From the NCBI GenBank assembly GCA_030295235.1, contig AP026147.1, positions 248,001 through 312,000 of the forward strand: 64,000 nucleotides of DNA. The letters run 5' to 3'. Position 1 is the stretch's first letter, and every line of letters begins with the position of its first letter. The DNA is from Fistulifera solaris. Lineage: Eukaryota. This document shows positions 37,207 through 51,253 of the stretch, in pieces. The translations under genes and the position numbers were made by a program. The notes below the pieces were generated by a model. That model did not search any database and was not told the DNA's origin. It was given only the letters and a program-made list of their open reading frames with translations.

Positions 37207-40161
37207 TTAACGCGCAAGCAAAAACTCTGGACGGCCGCGAAGTAAAGCGAAAAGAGTGTCGGAACCACAATGACTAGACACCCGAGCCAAAATGAACGGA
37301 AGAAGCTTGGCGTCGATTGTGTTCACCCAATGAAGCGCCTGGGGGTAGGTTCGTACCACCAAGGCAAATGAGCTGTCCCAAGGACGGCCATTTTGTATCA
37401 TAAGATTCAGCGGAAAGTCTCCATCGTTGTTGCGGATCTTGGCTGCCTCGGGATAGATTTCCAAAAGCTTACGCAGAACCCCTAAACGCTGGTGATAGCT
37501 TCCGTCGCAACAGCCATCGACAATTCCATCCAGAAGCGACATCTTTTCGATTGGAATACTCGCTTCAATGTGTAAGGGGGTATTTCCATCGACGTCGGCG
37601 ACCCGAGCCTCCTCAGGAAACATGTGGAGAGCTCTGTGAATGTAGGCAGGATCAATTCGAGCACCCTTGCGGTGCAAAGCGATACAAGCGCCAACAAGAC
37701 TTTGGCCGTTGTTTTCGTTCATCGAAGGACCATAATGCAGAATTTTGGCAAGAATTGACAAAGTCGTAAAGCATCGCATCTGATAAATATGGAGGTTGTT
37801 TTGCAAGGTACAGGTATGTCCTTTGCAAAGCTTTTGGTACTCTTCCATGACAATCCCGATCGGAGTCTGCCCAGCAGTATTCTGAATCAAAATCGGGGAA
37901 ATTCGCCCGTTGCACGTTGCCAGCGCAGACTCCAACCCAGCACTGCTAGCCAAGGCGACTTCTCTCACAACCTCCGGATTTACTTTACGCAATACAGCCA
38001 AATGCAAGGGGGTATCGTCATACGTCGTTTTCATATGCAAAGCATCAGGATACGCCCGAATGATTGCGCGAAGAGCTTCTACGTCCATTTCTTCCCGAAT
38101 GGCTGAATGCAGCGGAGTATTTCCCATCAGATCGACATCGGAGAAAATCTGAGGACCACACAAGCGAGAGAAAAGTGTGACGATTCGACTGCAAAATAGT
38201 CAAAGTGAGTGAACTCAACTAAACGAGATGATGCACCAGGGCAAGCGAGAACAGACTTACTCGTCAATCCTTCCGTTCTTGCAAAGTATTTGGAGGGGTG
38301 AATAGCCCGCATTGTTGCGAACAGAAATCCATGAAGGATTTGAAGCCGCTAGTGATTCGATATGTGGGCGAGAGAAATCACGAAAGCAAGCAAGGTGGAC
38401 TGTTGCAACAAGATGGTGAGCAAATAGTGTTTAAGATCGATGATAGGACCGCACGAACAACTTACGAGGTGTATTTCCCACAGTACTGGTCAGAACTTTG
38501 TCACGCAATGGTGATGCGTGCATCTCCTCGGTGCCATTCTCTTCGCGAAGCGATTGATATGTCTTTGACAGCATATCAATAATGGCAACAGATGCGCTGG
38601 AATTATTACTCGCCAAGTGCATAGCAGATTCTCCGCCATTTGTGCGTTTGAGGGCAGCTTGTGGGCACGCACGGAGCAGTTCACGAACAATCATACACTG
38701 CGCTTGGTAAGCCCGGCAGCTGCAGTGAATCGGTAGAAAACCATAGTCATTTGGCTGAAGGGTAGCAGCGGGATTGGCTTCTAGTAAAAACTTGACTGCC
38801 TCGACTGATTTATTGGCTGTGCATGCCAATGAAAGTGCCGTGTCATGCTTACGAGTTTGCAGGAATGCCGCCCGCTTCTCCACGTCCAACAAGCACCTGA
38901 CCACATCACTGTCCGCACCGTTTTCAAGAGCGTGGTGCAGCGGTAGGTAACCATTTACATCCTGAATAAGCAAAGCCTCAGGCGCCGCACGGACGAGGGC
39001 TTCCACAATAGGAAAGTGAATCGTACGAGTTCCGCGGCATACGAGATGAAGAGGCGTAGAGGAAGCATCCTGATCGGTCAGAGTGGCAGCGTTCGGAGCG
39101 GCCACCAGCAAACGTTTAATTGACTCCGCATCCTCGGCTGTGGTCGGGTTTTGCTGACAAAGAACGTGCAATGGTGTTTTCCCGGAAGTCAGAGAAACAA
39201 GGCCCGCGGAGAGAGGATCTCTCCTTGCGCAGAGGGCCATCAACGCGTGATTCGAATTACTTGCGGCATAATGAAATGGTGTGAAACCACGAGCAACGGA
39301 ACGATCACGCAACTGAAGCGATTCGGGCGCAAGATTCAGTAAATATTCAGCAAGCTCAACGGATGCGTTTCTGCGTTGACAATGAAGATGCAGTGCAGTC
39401 TGACCCCAACTATTCAGTCGACTAACAGATGTAGGGCTTGCACGGACGAGACGATCAATGACGCCAGGGGGTAGCATGCTTTCGGGTGCTGCTAATGCGC
39501 AGTGAATGGGCAAATTTCCTACTCCATTTGCCATCGTTCCGATGGGAGGATAGGGCTCTAAAAGTACATCCAAAATCTGGCGCATATCCTCACTCTCGAT
39601 ATGACGCGTAGAAATACCCATGAAGAGTAAATGAAGGGGCGTATTCATCCGAGAATCCAGCTGAAGTGCACGGTGTGTTCCTACTTCCATCATGGCGTGA
39701 ATGACGTGACGACAACTACAACGCAAAGCCGCTTCGTGCAACGGCGTCCGGTCCGTCCGAGGGCAACGGTACCCCACTTCTTCGGGGTTTTCCGTGATTC
39801 GCTGTACAATGGTCGAGCAGCCGCGTATATTTGACCCAGAAAGCACAGCGGAGCAGGGCAAGTCTTCGCGAACAAGGTCCATCAAGAAGGAACTCGTTTC
39901 TTCCTGCGCTTCTTCGGCCTCCATCCAAGCCGGTGCGTCTTCATCTTCGATCACCCCTTGCGCGAATGGTCCGTCGTGCATCCTCAATCTATCTCTTCCT
40001 CGCATCATCCGGGCAAGTTGTCGTCTTCGTTGACGCAGGATGTTAATATGTACGGGCACCGCAACAGGAAGGTTCGCGTCGTTGTTAGGCTCGTTCACTA
40101 CCCCTTCGACCATGTCGATATCATCATCGTCATCGTCAAGCCAATCCATGTCGACATCCAT
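37207..40161 (-). CDS. Ankyrin-repeat protein, multi-exon
   Basis: Many TPLH/LPLH/LPIH repeats in ORFs 38431-40161 and 37207-38163; donors gtaag at 38465 and ~38260; small internal exon NNAGYSPLQILC. Confidence 0.85.
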
Positions 40162-40768
40162 CTTGTAAAAAGAGTTTTCCTTTTTATTTGTTAGAGGTAA
40201 TTTTATTGCTTCTTATGGCTTAAGAATGAAATGAGTCTATTGTTGACGAAGAATGATAAGCTCCGTAGTATACACGCTGGACGCATAACCAAAGGTTAAA
40301 ACCGAAACACCGAAACACGGCGGAAAGCAGAAACGCCAAAATGAGAGGAATGCTTCTCGCTTCACCAATCGTATTCCGTGTTTTCTACGTATTTAGAAGT
40401 CTAAGAGATAACCGTTACCGTTACAAATATCATAGTGACTAATGACTTTTAAAGTACACTCAAACAGATAGTCGCTTAAGTAGGAAACAACCATATCGAA
40501 ATCGACAAATATTGTGACCGTGACATCACTTCTCGTGACACACGGTTCATGATGTGATCGCGTGTGAAATAGGATGTGTTAAGGCGCGTACAAGTAGACC
40601 CAAACACAGACATATCTCTGATGGAACGCGATACCACTACTTTACGAAGAGTTTTCAGAACTAAAGCAACTCATGAAGCGAAATCGGATGATGTTCTCAG
40701 CATCAGAAACTTTTAAATGGTTAATCGAATTTCTGTCGAATCTATCTATGTACATTAAAGTCGTTTTT

Positions 40769-42527
40769 TTATTTCTTCAACAAGATTGTGAGACCACCCG
40801 ACAAAAGTGTGGCGATAGACGCCGTCGTTATGAGGCCTTCCATGTTTGCCCAGTCGTTTTCCCGACTTGTACCGAACGCGTTCACCATTGGGACGGCCAA
40901 AAGAGATCCTATCATTCCTCCAAAGTCAATACAACCAATAAGAGAGCCGTATCGTAAGCCGACAGAGTTGGACACGCCCGAAGCAGATTGTGTAAAAGGA
41001 GCGGGATCATCGCTACTTTCGGATATGTAAGCTGTTGTGGTGGCAAGTATCACGTCGGGAAGAAACTTCCATTCGCTTGTTAGTGTCAAAAGTGACTTCA
41101 ACGCCAAAACAGAAATAAGCACGCTCCAGCCAACGTGGTTTCTTGCGTTTTCGTCGTCAGTATCTCTCCGGAGCAACAGCATTAACAGATTGTTGGCAAT
41201 GAAAAACCCGACAGCGGCAAATATTGTGGTGCCGACAATAACAAATAGCATTCTCGTGTAGTCTCGGTGACAATTTCGAAAGAGTGCTCCATAGCTCCAG
41301 GAAGCCAGCGACGATACTAGCATGTCCCATACCGAAAGAACCGTCAGAAATGCGGGGGCTGTCGCAGCAAATGCATCATACAGATAGGACTCCATGATGT
41401 AGGAGACACTTGGTACTGCGTGACGAAGTATCAGATAGAGTCCTGTCCGGTGAGAGCGTGGCCACTTCTCAATAACATCTCGTGACGCGGAGCGGATTAC
41501 AAAGCACCACGAGGTTCCTAGGGCTATCATCAATAAAATCCAGAATGAGAATGATGTCATCTTCTCCAACGGTTGCTTTAACGAAATCAAAGGATTGTAA
41601 TCTGTAAAAGAACGATCAGCCGCACACTGGTTCTTTTCCAAGCTGTCGAGTGACTAACAGTGTTTTCAGTGATACCATTTTCCATGTCGTCGCGTTCAGC
41701 ACTGTTAACTTGCTCGTAAGATGATTTGTTGGCATGTTGGAAACATCCTTCCCGTGTTCCTACAGTCCAAACTTGTGCAATGACAGTTCCTACAATGTAC
41801 ACAAGTCCCGTCAGAAGCAGTAACTCCTTGACGATCCGGTCATTAAGCTTTCCATTCCAGCTAATTTGATGCGTATCACTCGAAGAACCTTCCACTATCA
41901 TCCACAACCAAACCAAAAGATACGCTACCAGCGACCCAACGTTCCGATGCGTCGCGGCTTGGGATTGAAAGGCCGCCGCGGTCACTCCCACGAACGGACC
42001 GCAACACGAAGCTTCATCCAATAATGTCAATCCCAACAAAAATTCGGCCCAGGCGTTGGACAAGCAATTAGTGAAGGCAATGAGAAAGCAACCAACGACT
42101 CCGTGGACCCACGCCGTTGCCGCAATCGAGACAGCCCCTATTAATAAGAAAACAGAGATCAGGTTGTGTCTACCCAACGACCCGATAAGGGTGCTGCTAC
42201 TGAGTACCGCGTAAATGGGTTTGAGTGAAAAGGGCAAAAGGAAACCGCCGCGTAGGTGGGAAGGAGCGACAAGGGCATCTCCACTCGTGTGTTGACAATG
42301 TAAAGTAAAGATGTAGCCGGTAATGCCATGGTAACACCATTGATCGCAAATAGCATTGCGAGCGGTTTTGATAAAGTAGGCGAGGAGTCTGGCTCCTCCG
42401 ATGCATCATCGTTGACGACGAGAAGTTGCTCTTCGATACTCATTGTCGTCTCGTGGGATGATTCTTTTGAAGTATCTCTATCATGAGGATCGTCGCTTAT
42501 CTCGAGCGGGACTCTACAGGTTTTCAT
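40769..42527 (-). CDS. BT1-family (folate/biopterin-type) MFS transporter; frameshifts near 42240 and 41640
   Basis: PFSLKPIYA motif, FQSQAATHRNVGSL, YGSLIGCIDFGGMIG; about 12 TM segments across three ORFs. Confidence 0.75.
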
Positions 42528-43199
42528 TTAACAGCTCCTCATGTTTCAGAATGGTTTACGAACGGAGTAGGTCCTCATTGTCGTTCGCAGTCGCACAGAG
42601 GACGAGAGATGCAAAGGAATGGTGCACTTCACTTTTTCCTCCGATGAACGTGCTTCTGCCACTCGTGACTGAAAGAGTGGGGCTCACAAAAATTGAAGTG
42701 TTGCGAAACGACGTACAGACTATCCGTACCAAGGACCAAGGACAAACGACAAACCGAACTTTGATGACGTAGGACGAAGAACAACCAAAGGATGGAAGTT
42801 GTACTGTAGCAACCATAGCTAAAAATGCGAAGCTTTCGTGACGATGGGGGATTGGATTTTGAGCAAAAGAGTATGTACGGAAGTGTACCAGGTAATGCAC
42901 CTTCAGTCGTATTCGTGATACAGAATGCCGCCGCCAACGATGATCCGCCACACAAATGTTTTTCACGTCCCGAACGCGAAGGAACAACCGCAACCTTTTT
43001 CGTACCTTCCAGCAAATCCGCTTCCATTTTGCATTATTCTTGTTGTAAATTCGGTTTTGATTCTAATTTGCATCTTTAGCAGTCGTCTGTTCTTTTCATT
43101 GCAACCCAATCGCTTTGCAGTTTTTCCTAAGAACGATTTTTACCAAGCAGTCATCGTTCATCGCGTCTATACTTGTTTGGCCTTTCTGCGATAAACATC

Positions 43200-44410
43200 A
43201 TGAGTGCAGCGCTACCTACACCCGATATTCCAGAAGCTTCTTCAGAAATAGAAGAAGATTGGGAAGAATGGGACGGTAGATCACCGTTTTGGATTCATTG
43301 TGTTGCCGGAAGTCTTGCCGGAGTGTCCGAGGTGAGTAGTGATTGTGTTGTTCTTCAAGTCGATGATAATTATTGTACAACGAAAATGCGTATTATCGTT
43401 TTACTCACGGTGTATCATTGCAGCACACGCTTGTTTATCCTCTCGATACAGTACGAACACATATTCAAGTTTGCGCATCTTGTTTAACTCGAAACAACAA
43501 CACTTCGGTTCTCCCGCAAAGCAAGGATGCCTCCTTGTTGCGATCGGCCTTGCAAAGCAAAACAACTGTACCACAAAGTCTCCCGACAGGTGTATTTCAG
43601 ACGATTCGCTATTTAGTGAGTCAGCCAGTATTAGAACTCTCGGGGGCGGAAATGACGACGCCAGGCACCACACAACAATATACGCAGGGTTGGGCGCGAC
43701 TTTGGCGTGGCGTACAAACCATGTTCATCGGTTGCATCCCCGCGCACGCCCTCTATTTTAGTTCGTACGAACTGGTCAAGGGACTGAATATGTCGGAGGA
43801 TGGAGAAGTTTCGGCCGTTGGGTCGTCCATGGCAGGAGCTGCCGCTACATTTTCTCATGATTGCATCATGACTCCGCTCGATACCATCAAACAACGAATG
43901 CAGTTGGGTCACTACAATGGGAGTGTCCGAGCCGCTGTTCAGCAAATAGCCGCCACAGAAGGATGGTTTGCGCTGTATCGAAGTTTCCCGGTCACGCTCG
44001 TCACCAACATTCCCTACGGTATGATCATGGTTTCTACGAACGAAATGGTGAAACAGGCGTGGACGGAAGCGGGTACCGCGACGTCGTTGCAAACCGTCTT
44101 GGCGGCGAGTTCGGCAGGAGGATGTTTGGCGGCGGCTTTGACGACGCCGCTCGATCGCATCAAAACCATGTTACAGACCCAACAATTGACGCCCATTTGT
44201 GCCCGGACGGCCAGCGTCTGCCCTCGCGTGGCGGTCGTGCAGCACGCGAGTTGGTACGATGCCGCTCGAACAATTGCGCAAACCGAGGGTGTCGGGGGAT
44301 TCTTTCGTGGGTTAACGCCACGCGTATTGAGTCATACGCCGGCCGTCGCCATCAGTTGGACTACGTATGAAACGCTGAAGCAATATTTACTGCGTCAATA
44401 CGGATATTGA
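43200..44410 (+). CDS. Mitochondrial carrier, mitoferrin (MRS3/4, SLC25A28/37) type; intron 43332-43423
   Basis: AGSLAGVSE/HTLVYPLDTVRT, CIPAHALYFSSYE, three PxDxxK motifs. Confidence 0.9.
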
Positions 44411-45524
44411 AAGCAGGAAAGGGCATACTATGTAACTAAACAATTTTAACGGAAATAACTAGCTAGACTCTGCTTTATTTTACTATGCGATGATTCGAGC
44501 AATGAGATTGTAGATTGAGGATACCTCCGTAGCTTCACAATCTTGAAAGAACAATGTCGAGTTTTTTTAAAAGGTATAGTTTTGAGCATGAAGCATCATC
44601 AAATCTAAAAATTCTGATAGTTTTTTCGTATGAATGCACTTCATTTAGGTGCAATTAGAGCACAAGAAAAGAAAAAGGAGGATTCCTTTCTCTTTACCAG
44701 GTAAGGCTGTTTCGATGAGCGAGTAAACACACCTTTGTCCAAGTTCTGACAATTAGAGCTTCTTGTTCATTTTGTGCATTGATTAGGATGACAGTCTCAT
44801 TACTAGCACTTCAATGTTGTCCTTGACTAGGTCTATTTTCGCCGAAAACGGTGTGGGCTCGTTGGCCTAGCTTGAACTATAGTGCAAAGTGTAGATTCTA
44901 CTGCACCAAGACTCGACTTCAGTCATGAATCAGGTTTTTTTTCAAGCCCAAAATGAGAGTCGCTGCTAGCTTTTTGCCATCATGTAGCCTCAATTCTTTC
45001 TTAATTACTATTAGACTTCTCAGTTTTGATGTTTTATTTGCAGAATACGAATGGGAGTCTCAATTAACAACATCTAAAGTGTTGGGGCTCTTAGTCGTTG
45101 TTTTTACTATAGACTAAAGTGTTGGTACTACGGTGCCACGACTGACTTGACTTCTGTCATGGTTCACGTTGGTGGCTTTAGAGTCCCTGCTAACTTTTTG
45201 CCATCATCTGAGTTTTGCATTATGAAAATAACATTGTGCAGATGAAAGGATATGCCATGCAGGTCTCGATTCTCGATTAAAATCAATGTTGAAACTTTTA
45301 CCAGGTGTCTGTCTGTCCATCCGTCCATCCACCGCAACCATAACGTTTGTACGGCGTACGGCACTTGCTTGGAATGCCGTGATAAAAGATAAAAGACGCT
45401 TTTTTTGCAAGCAATAAAATGCCGCTGCCAATCTCCATTTACAGCGCTATTCTTGTGAAAAGGACGATCAACCTGTAATTTAAGCAACTGTGAAATCGCT
45501 GTGCTAGGTGGAGAAATAGCCAGC

Positions 45525-45955
45525 ATGTCGGAAGGCGCATCAGAGCACGCTACAGACCTCAAGTCGGGGCCTTTCTCTGTGCTGTTTAAAGCAGTTCAAG
45601 GAAACACACAGATCTTGGTCAATGTGCGAAATAACCACAAGGTTCTTGGCCGTGTGAAGGCTTATGATCGTCATATGAACTTGTAAGTACGCTCATCCGC
45701 CCGTCGAAAACGGAGGTTTGCATTATCGAGTAAGAGGCTCTCAGTAAATCATTTCTAACGTTTGTCTTTTCAATGAACAGGTTACTGGAAGATGTCAAGG
45801 AAATATGGACCGAAACATCAAAAGGAGGAAAGGGAAAGAGTAAAGGGATCGCTGTCAATAAAGATCGATATGTGAGCAAAATGTTTTTAAGAGGTGACTC
45901 GGTAGTCCTCATAGTCAGCAATCCTGCGGCTCTAGCACAACCGCAAAAAGACTAA
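45525..45955 (+). CDS. SNRPD2: Small nuclear ribonucleoprotein Sm D2; intron 45683-45780
   Basis: [46 protein letters not shown]. Confidence 0.95.
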
Positions 45956-46048
45956 GCTCTCTATTATCAATAACATTCTTTGTAAACAGCATTAGAAGTA
46001 TTCAGAAAATGTCGAAAGCAGCAATTTTATTGTTTAATGATTGCCTAT

Positions 46049-47007
46049 TTACTTGGCGGCTGCTTGTTCAGCAGTCATCTTGGCAGATCGGCGAGACGAT
46101 CGTCGCTTGCTAATCATGGAGCGGCGGGCTTCTCGCTGTTCAGCAGTACGCTGGGCAACAACCTTCTTGTAGGCGGCAGCCTCGTCACGGTTCTTCTTGA
46201 TAGAAGCCATCATTGCCGCCTTGCGTTGTCTCTTGCGCTGAAGGGTGAGAGGAGTCACCAAACGCTGGATCTTGGGTGCCTTGCGGACAGTCACACCCTT
46301 CTTGTTGGTGAAAGTGCGGGCAATCACGTACTTGCGAACATCATCCTCCTTGGTCAAGTTGAAAAGCTTGCGAATGTTGTTCGCTCGCTTGGGACCCAAA
46401 CGGCGGGGAACGGTGTCATCGGTCAATCCAGGAACCGTATTCTCACCAATTTGTGTGACGACCAAGTTAAGAACAGCAATGTCGTTACCAACAATGCAAC
46501 CACGCACAGACTTGCGCTTGCGCTCACCAGCACGTCGCTGGCGATAAGCCTTGTGGCCCTTTTTACACAACAAACGAACACGAGTGTTGGTCAAAACACC
46601 CTGACGCATGGGGAAACCCTGCTTATCGTTACCACCGCTAATGCGGAAAATGTAGCCATTGTATTCCTCACCGAGAACGCCGCCATCAACTTCCTGTGAA
46701 ATACGACGATCGAACAAACTCTGGAGCTTGCGTTCATCATCGATCTCGATGACTTTTTGCATTCCCTTTTCGGGGCAAGCGATGTTGATCTGTTGAATAT
46801 AAGAGACCGAGAGTGAGAAACTCGAATTTAATTTACAAGCAGGAGTTCCACTTGGAAAATCATGATAATAATCATCGATCAGCTTCAGAAAACAATTTGG
46901 TTGACCAATATGCCGAAAGGTGCCCTCTCTTTCCTGAATGAAAAGCTTGTCACTTTGCTACGGCGCCACCAACAATAAATCAACTCTCAATTAAATCGCA
47001 CCTTCAT
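46049..47007 (-). CDS. RPS6: 40S ribosomal protein S6; 6-nt first exon (ATG AAG), intron 46790-47001
   Basis: [57 protein letters not shown]. Confidence 0.97.
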
Positions 47008-47643
47008 GATTGCTTAGTATTTAAATGCCTAATATTAGATCAGATGTATCTCCTGCAGCACGATGAGGCGTTTCAAAGCACCGTTATCATGGAAAGTTGT
47101 CTTTGTTCGCGATCGTCGTCCGCTGAAAAAACAAGGAAAGCGGTAAACGGTAAAAAGGAGGGGAAGATGGACAGACTCTCTCATGACTGGAATCCAGTCA
47201 GTCGTGTCAAAAACCGGCCGACAATCCGACAATACGTTAAAAACATGCGGAAAAGACATACAACGTCCACAATGGAGTGCAGCATATCAATTTCTCGCCT
47301 TAAAGAGAAGTGCAAGAAAGGAGTCATGTTCATTGACGTCGTTGTTGTGGAAATAAGAAGACTCCTCAAGACCTTGCCTTATTCAATTCATGACTAAATC
47401 CAGTCATGAGAAAAAGTCGTCTACACATTGGGGCTATAGTAACCTTTGTTCTGTTGTAGATCTTGTGATAGGTTTGCGTTTGATGGCATATTGACGACGT
47501 CGAAAGAAAATGAACGTGTTTGACTAGCGACTTGAATTATTTACTAAATTTATTTAGGTGCCATTCATAGTTTGGCGACAATTAGGCACGATGGACACTA
47601 ATGCATGCGGGCAAGGTCGTGTGCAAAAATGCACAACCGAAAG

Positions 47644-50006
47644 TTAGTTTCCGATCAAGCGGTCGTACTCGGCAATTGTGTAGAGCTTGACGAAAAAGTT
47701 GATACCCAGGATGACGGCGACTGCTCCGCCTAGAAGAAGGGGTCCTGTAGGATCATCCCACCGACCAGGAATACGCGTCTTGATGCGATCTGCCCTCCAA
47801 AGGAACGTATGCAACGCATAGACACAAAAGCCCAAGGCAATCGGCATTAATGCCAGCGCATACCACTCCGCCCAAGAATTACCGGAGTTCTTCGAGAATG
47901 AAAGAATTCCACCAGCAATGGAGGACAATATAACCCCATGATGCAACCAGTGCAGAAATGTTCGTTCATTAGCCAGGAATACCTTTGGTTCAATCTTTTG
48001 GACAGAGGTCGGCGCCAGAAGTTCCACACTGCTGTTTGCCCTACTGCAAAACGGGAAAGGCCAGCTGCACTCCGTATCACCATCCATATCATCTTCCAGT
48101 TCCACTAATGCCTCTTCTTCGCCAAAGTTGAGACCATACGCTAAGGTATTGTTATTTCCATTCTTTTGCAAAAGCGGAGCTTTCTCACCCACGTGTCCTT
48201 TGGACGCTTCTTTGTCGGCTGAGGTACGACCAATAGCCGTTTCGATGCGATTGTTTACGCTTGTTCCAAAGGGTAGCAAATGATCGTAAATTGCGTTGGC
48301 TCCGGGACCGACACCTACATCTTCAGTAGCCAAAATGCGCGCAGCACCACTGTCGATAATACTTTGTCTCAACGAGATATCATCGGTCCAGAAAGGCACC
48401 GCTTGAACATCTTCTGGCAACAGCACCGCACAACCATGGACGTACTTTGAATATTTGTGACATTCGTACAACATACCCGAGTTTTGCAAATCGGTGACCC
48501 ATTGTGGAGGAGTCATGTTCTCCGGTGTCATCTCTAGCTTGATTTCGAGGACGGCGTGTGGGAACCGGTGAATCTCGTCCTTTTCCAAGACCCAGCTTTT
48601 GTCACGGTGCCATACAGCCATGTTCTGCAAATCATATCCTCGTTCTGAAATCATACACAAGTTGGTGTCGAGCGAAACACGAACCGTCGCGTCAAAGGGG
48701 ATTTGAAACGCAGTGCGCATGCACTGGGTACGGACAGTGGGCACCAACTGCTTCACGGCAATCACTTGGGTGATCTCCTTTACTAATTGCTCCCACTCGG
48801 CGACTTCCTTCTCGGATTTGCCTTTATCCAGCATTTCCTTCTTCTTCTTTTCAATAGGGTAGGTATTCGTAAGTACTTGTTGCACTTCAGATTCGTCAAT
48901 CTGTCAACAACAAGACAATGTTAGCTCACGTCAACAGCACGACGCGATTGCTAATTTATCAAGACATGTATACTTACGATAAAACGCTCTTTGACACTGG
49001 CTTCTCCCATCCACTTTTCACAGTGTGTCTTGCGCTCGACGAAAACCGTCTTCGGATCTTCTGGACCATACCACCGCAATCGAAGCGCAATCGCACCCGG
49101 CGTCTTATCCAAACGTCCGTGATACAGCTCCAACTGATCGTTATCCAGATATACCGAATTCGTAAACTGCGAATCCGACTCGCCCGTACTTGTCTTTTGA
49201 AGAAAGACGGGCAAATGTCGCAAAACGGCATACTTGACGCGCGAGACATCTTCGGTTTTCACCCAGTACTTGGTCGTGGTTCGAGTGAAAGACTGATTGG
49301 CTCCTCCCGTGTTGTCGGCGGCCGTCTTGTCATCGCGCAGAGCCGAGTAAATGTCGGACAATCGCACCACGATATCGGAATAGTCCCCACGGACCCAGGC
49401 TTGCGAATGCAAACGATTGACATAAAAGTTCTTGCAGGGATTGTATTCCTTCAAATTTTTGTCGTGCTTTTTCAGTATTTTGTGAAATCCCATAAAGTTG
49501 ATATTGACGTATTTCTCCAGTCGCAAGAAATGGTTGGCGATTTCGTCGGCGGCCCTTTCCAAATCTGCCGAATGTTGTCCCTTCGTGTTGTTGCTTTTCA
49601 CGAGTTGCTCGGCTTTAGTAATCTGCTCGCGAAGTTTTGTTACTTGCTGCAGAGTGAACTTTTCTACTTTCATCATTTCGTGTTCGAGAAGTGTAAGAAA
49701 AGATTCTTGTGTCAGTTCTACTTTGCTTGTATCGAGACCTTGCTGATTCGTCGGGGGAGGAGCCGTCATCGAAACGACACGAGCAGTTTCATCGGCACTT
49801 GATAGAACACGAAAGAAGCAAAGTGCGACGTACTCGAGTGAGAAGAAAAGCGATACAAAACCTTGACAACAATTAAAATTAACTTACCGGCTCGGCTTGA
49901 GCCGACTAAGCTCGGTGATGATCTCATCTAATCGACTGTAATCGAGATACGGTTCGGGGCCAAACGCCGGCTCAATATTTTCTTTCAAATGCTCTCCGTA
50001 CTTCAT
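47644..50006 (-). CDS. VTC4: Vacuolar transporter chaperone / polyphosphate polymerase (SPX + VTC + DUF202); introns 49798-49887 and 48901-48977
   Basis: MKYGEHL (SPX), GFHKILKKHDK, FTRTTTKYWV, SVYLDN, RLRWYG, ERKTH, KIEPKVFLANERTFLHW. Confidence 0.93.
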
Positions 50007-51253
50007 GGGTTCAAAGAGTTATGGTAGAGGAGATCAAAGCCAATGTAAGAAGTAAATAAAACTACGAAAGATATCAAGATGTGCCGCGACAGCAGCAAAG
50101 TTTGAATCTCCGCGTCAACAACAAAAAAAAAAGAGAAAGAAAAAGGGAAGCACAGGAGGTGCAGGTGCAGCGAGCTCGCACATCCGATGTCACTCTCACT
50201 GGAATGTACTAACCGGCATTCATCAGCCACTTATTCATGCACTGTAGCAGATTGCGTTTTCGGAAAAGTAATGAAACACTGGCATCTATACTCTTTCAGC
50301 CACAGTAATTTCAATTTGAAGATTCACGATAGATTCATTCCTCTTAGCTACAGCATCAACGTCTAACCTTTGAGCATTTGCCCAACTCAACAAGTTTATC
50401 ACTACGCTTCATAAAGAAAGGCTCTAGTGTTAGTCTCGAGTCTCGAGAGCATTGTGGGATAAATGAAAAAAAGATGGGTTGATCGAATGAACGGAGCAGA
50501 CTAATGACTTATTTCTTGCGAATCCGCAAAACTAACACCGCCCTTGTACCGGATTATCATAATTAGTGCTAGTTATATTTTATGAAATTATTCACAGGAA
50601 GAGCGACCGAAAAACGGCTCGAACAAAGATGCTCCTACTACATAGCTCGCGACTGACTTTGCAGTCGTGGAAATGTTGATACGTAGCATAGGACACTTTC
50701 GACTATAGTAAATGGGAAAGAAAGCGTAACCCTTGAAGGTTTGTCGACATAAAAAAAAACAAAGACATGTGGTACAATGCTTGTTGATTAATCTCATACT
50801 GGCAATGACAAAAGGAGCTAGCCAAAATGGCGCGAACGCTTCAAAGTTACATTGTGGCTCGACAAAATCGTTATTCGTGACTGCAATTCGATCATGGTTA
50901 CCATTTTCGGGAATACCAGGTAAGATGCAGTGTCGACATAAGATATTGACATGTAACTGACCAAGAAATTGGAGACAAGAGGGGGCTTAGGCTAGAAAGT
51001 GTTCAAAACAAAGTAAACGGAGTACGAGCCTGGTAAGATCTACGAGACTCGATCTACAGAAGCCAGGGAGACACGGGAACGCACCTCTGCTTGGTACATT
51101 TTTCTACGGGGGGCCTACGCGAGTGTACACTTTTTCCCGAACCTTCCAGTACAACAGACACACTTATGTAAGTTACCTATTGATATTCTGACATAACTTT
51201 CTCGTCTGTATTGCATGCATCTATGTATTTGTTAATTCATACAAAAGGCTGGT

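Noticed and set aside
42556..43027. Minus-strand ORFs upstream of the BT1 transporter
   Set aside because: No coherent protein or splice model could be built; may be UTR or a small unrecognised gene
46037..46699. 220-aa plus-strand ORF
   Set aside because: Antisense shadow of the highly codon-biased RPS6 gene
48918..49802. 294-aa plus-strand ORF
   Set aside because: Antisense to a VTC4 exon; no recognisable features
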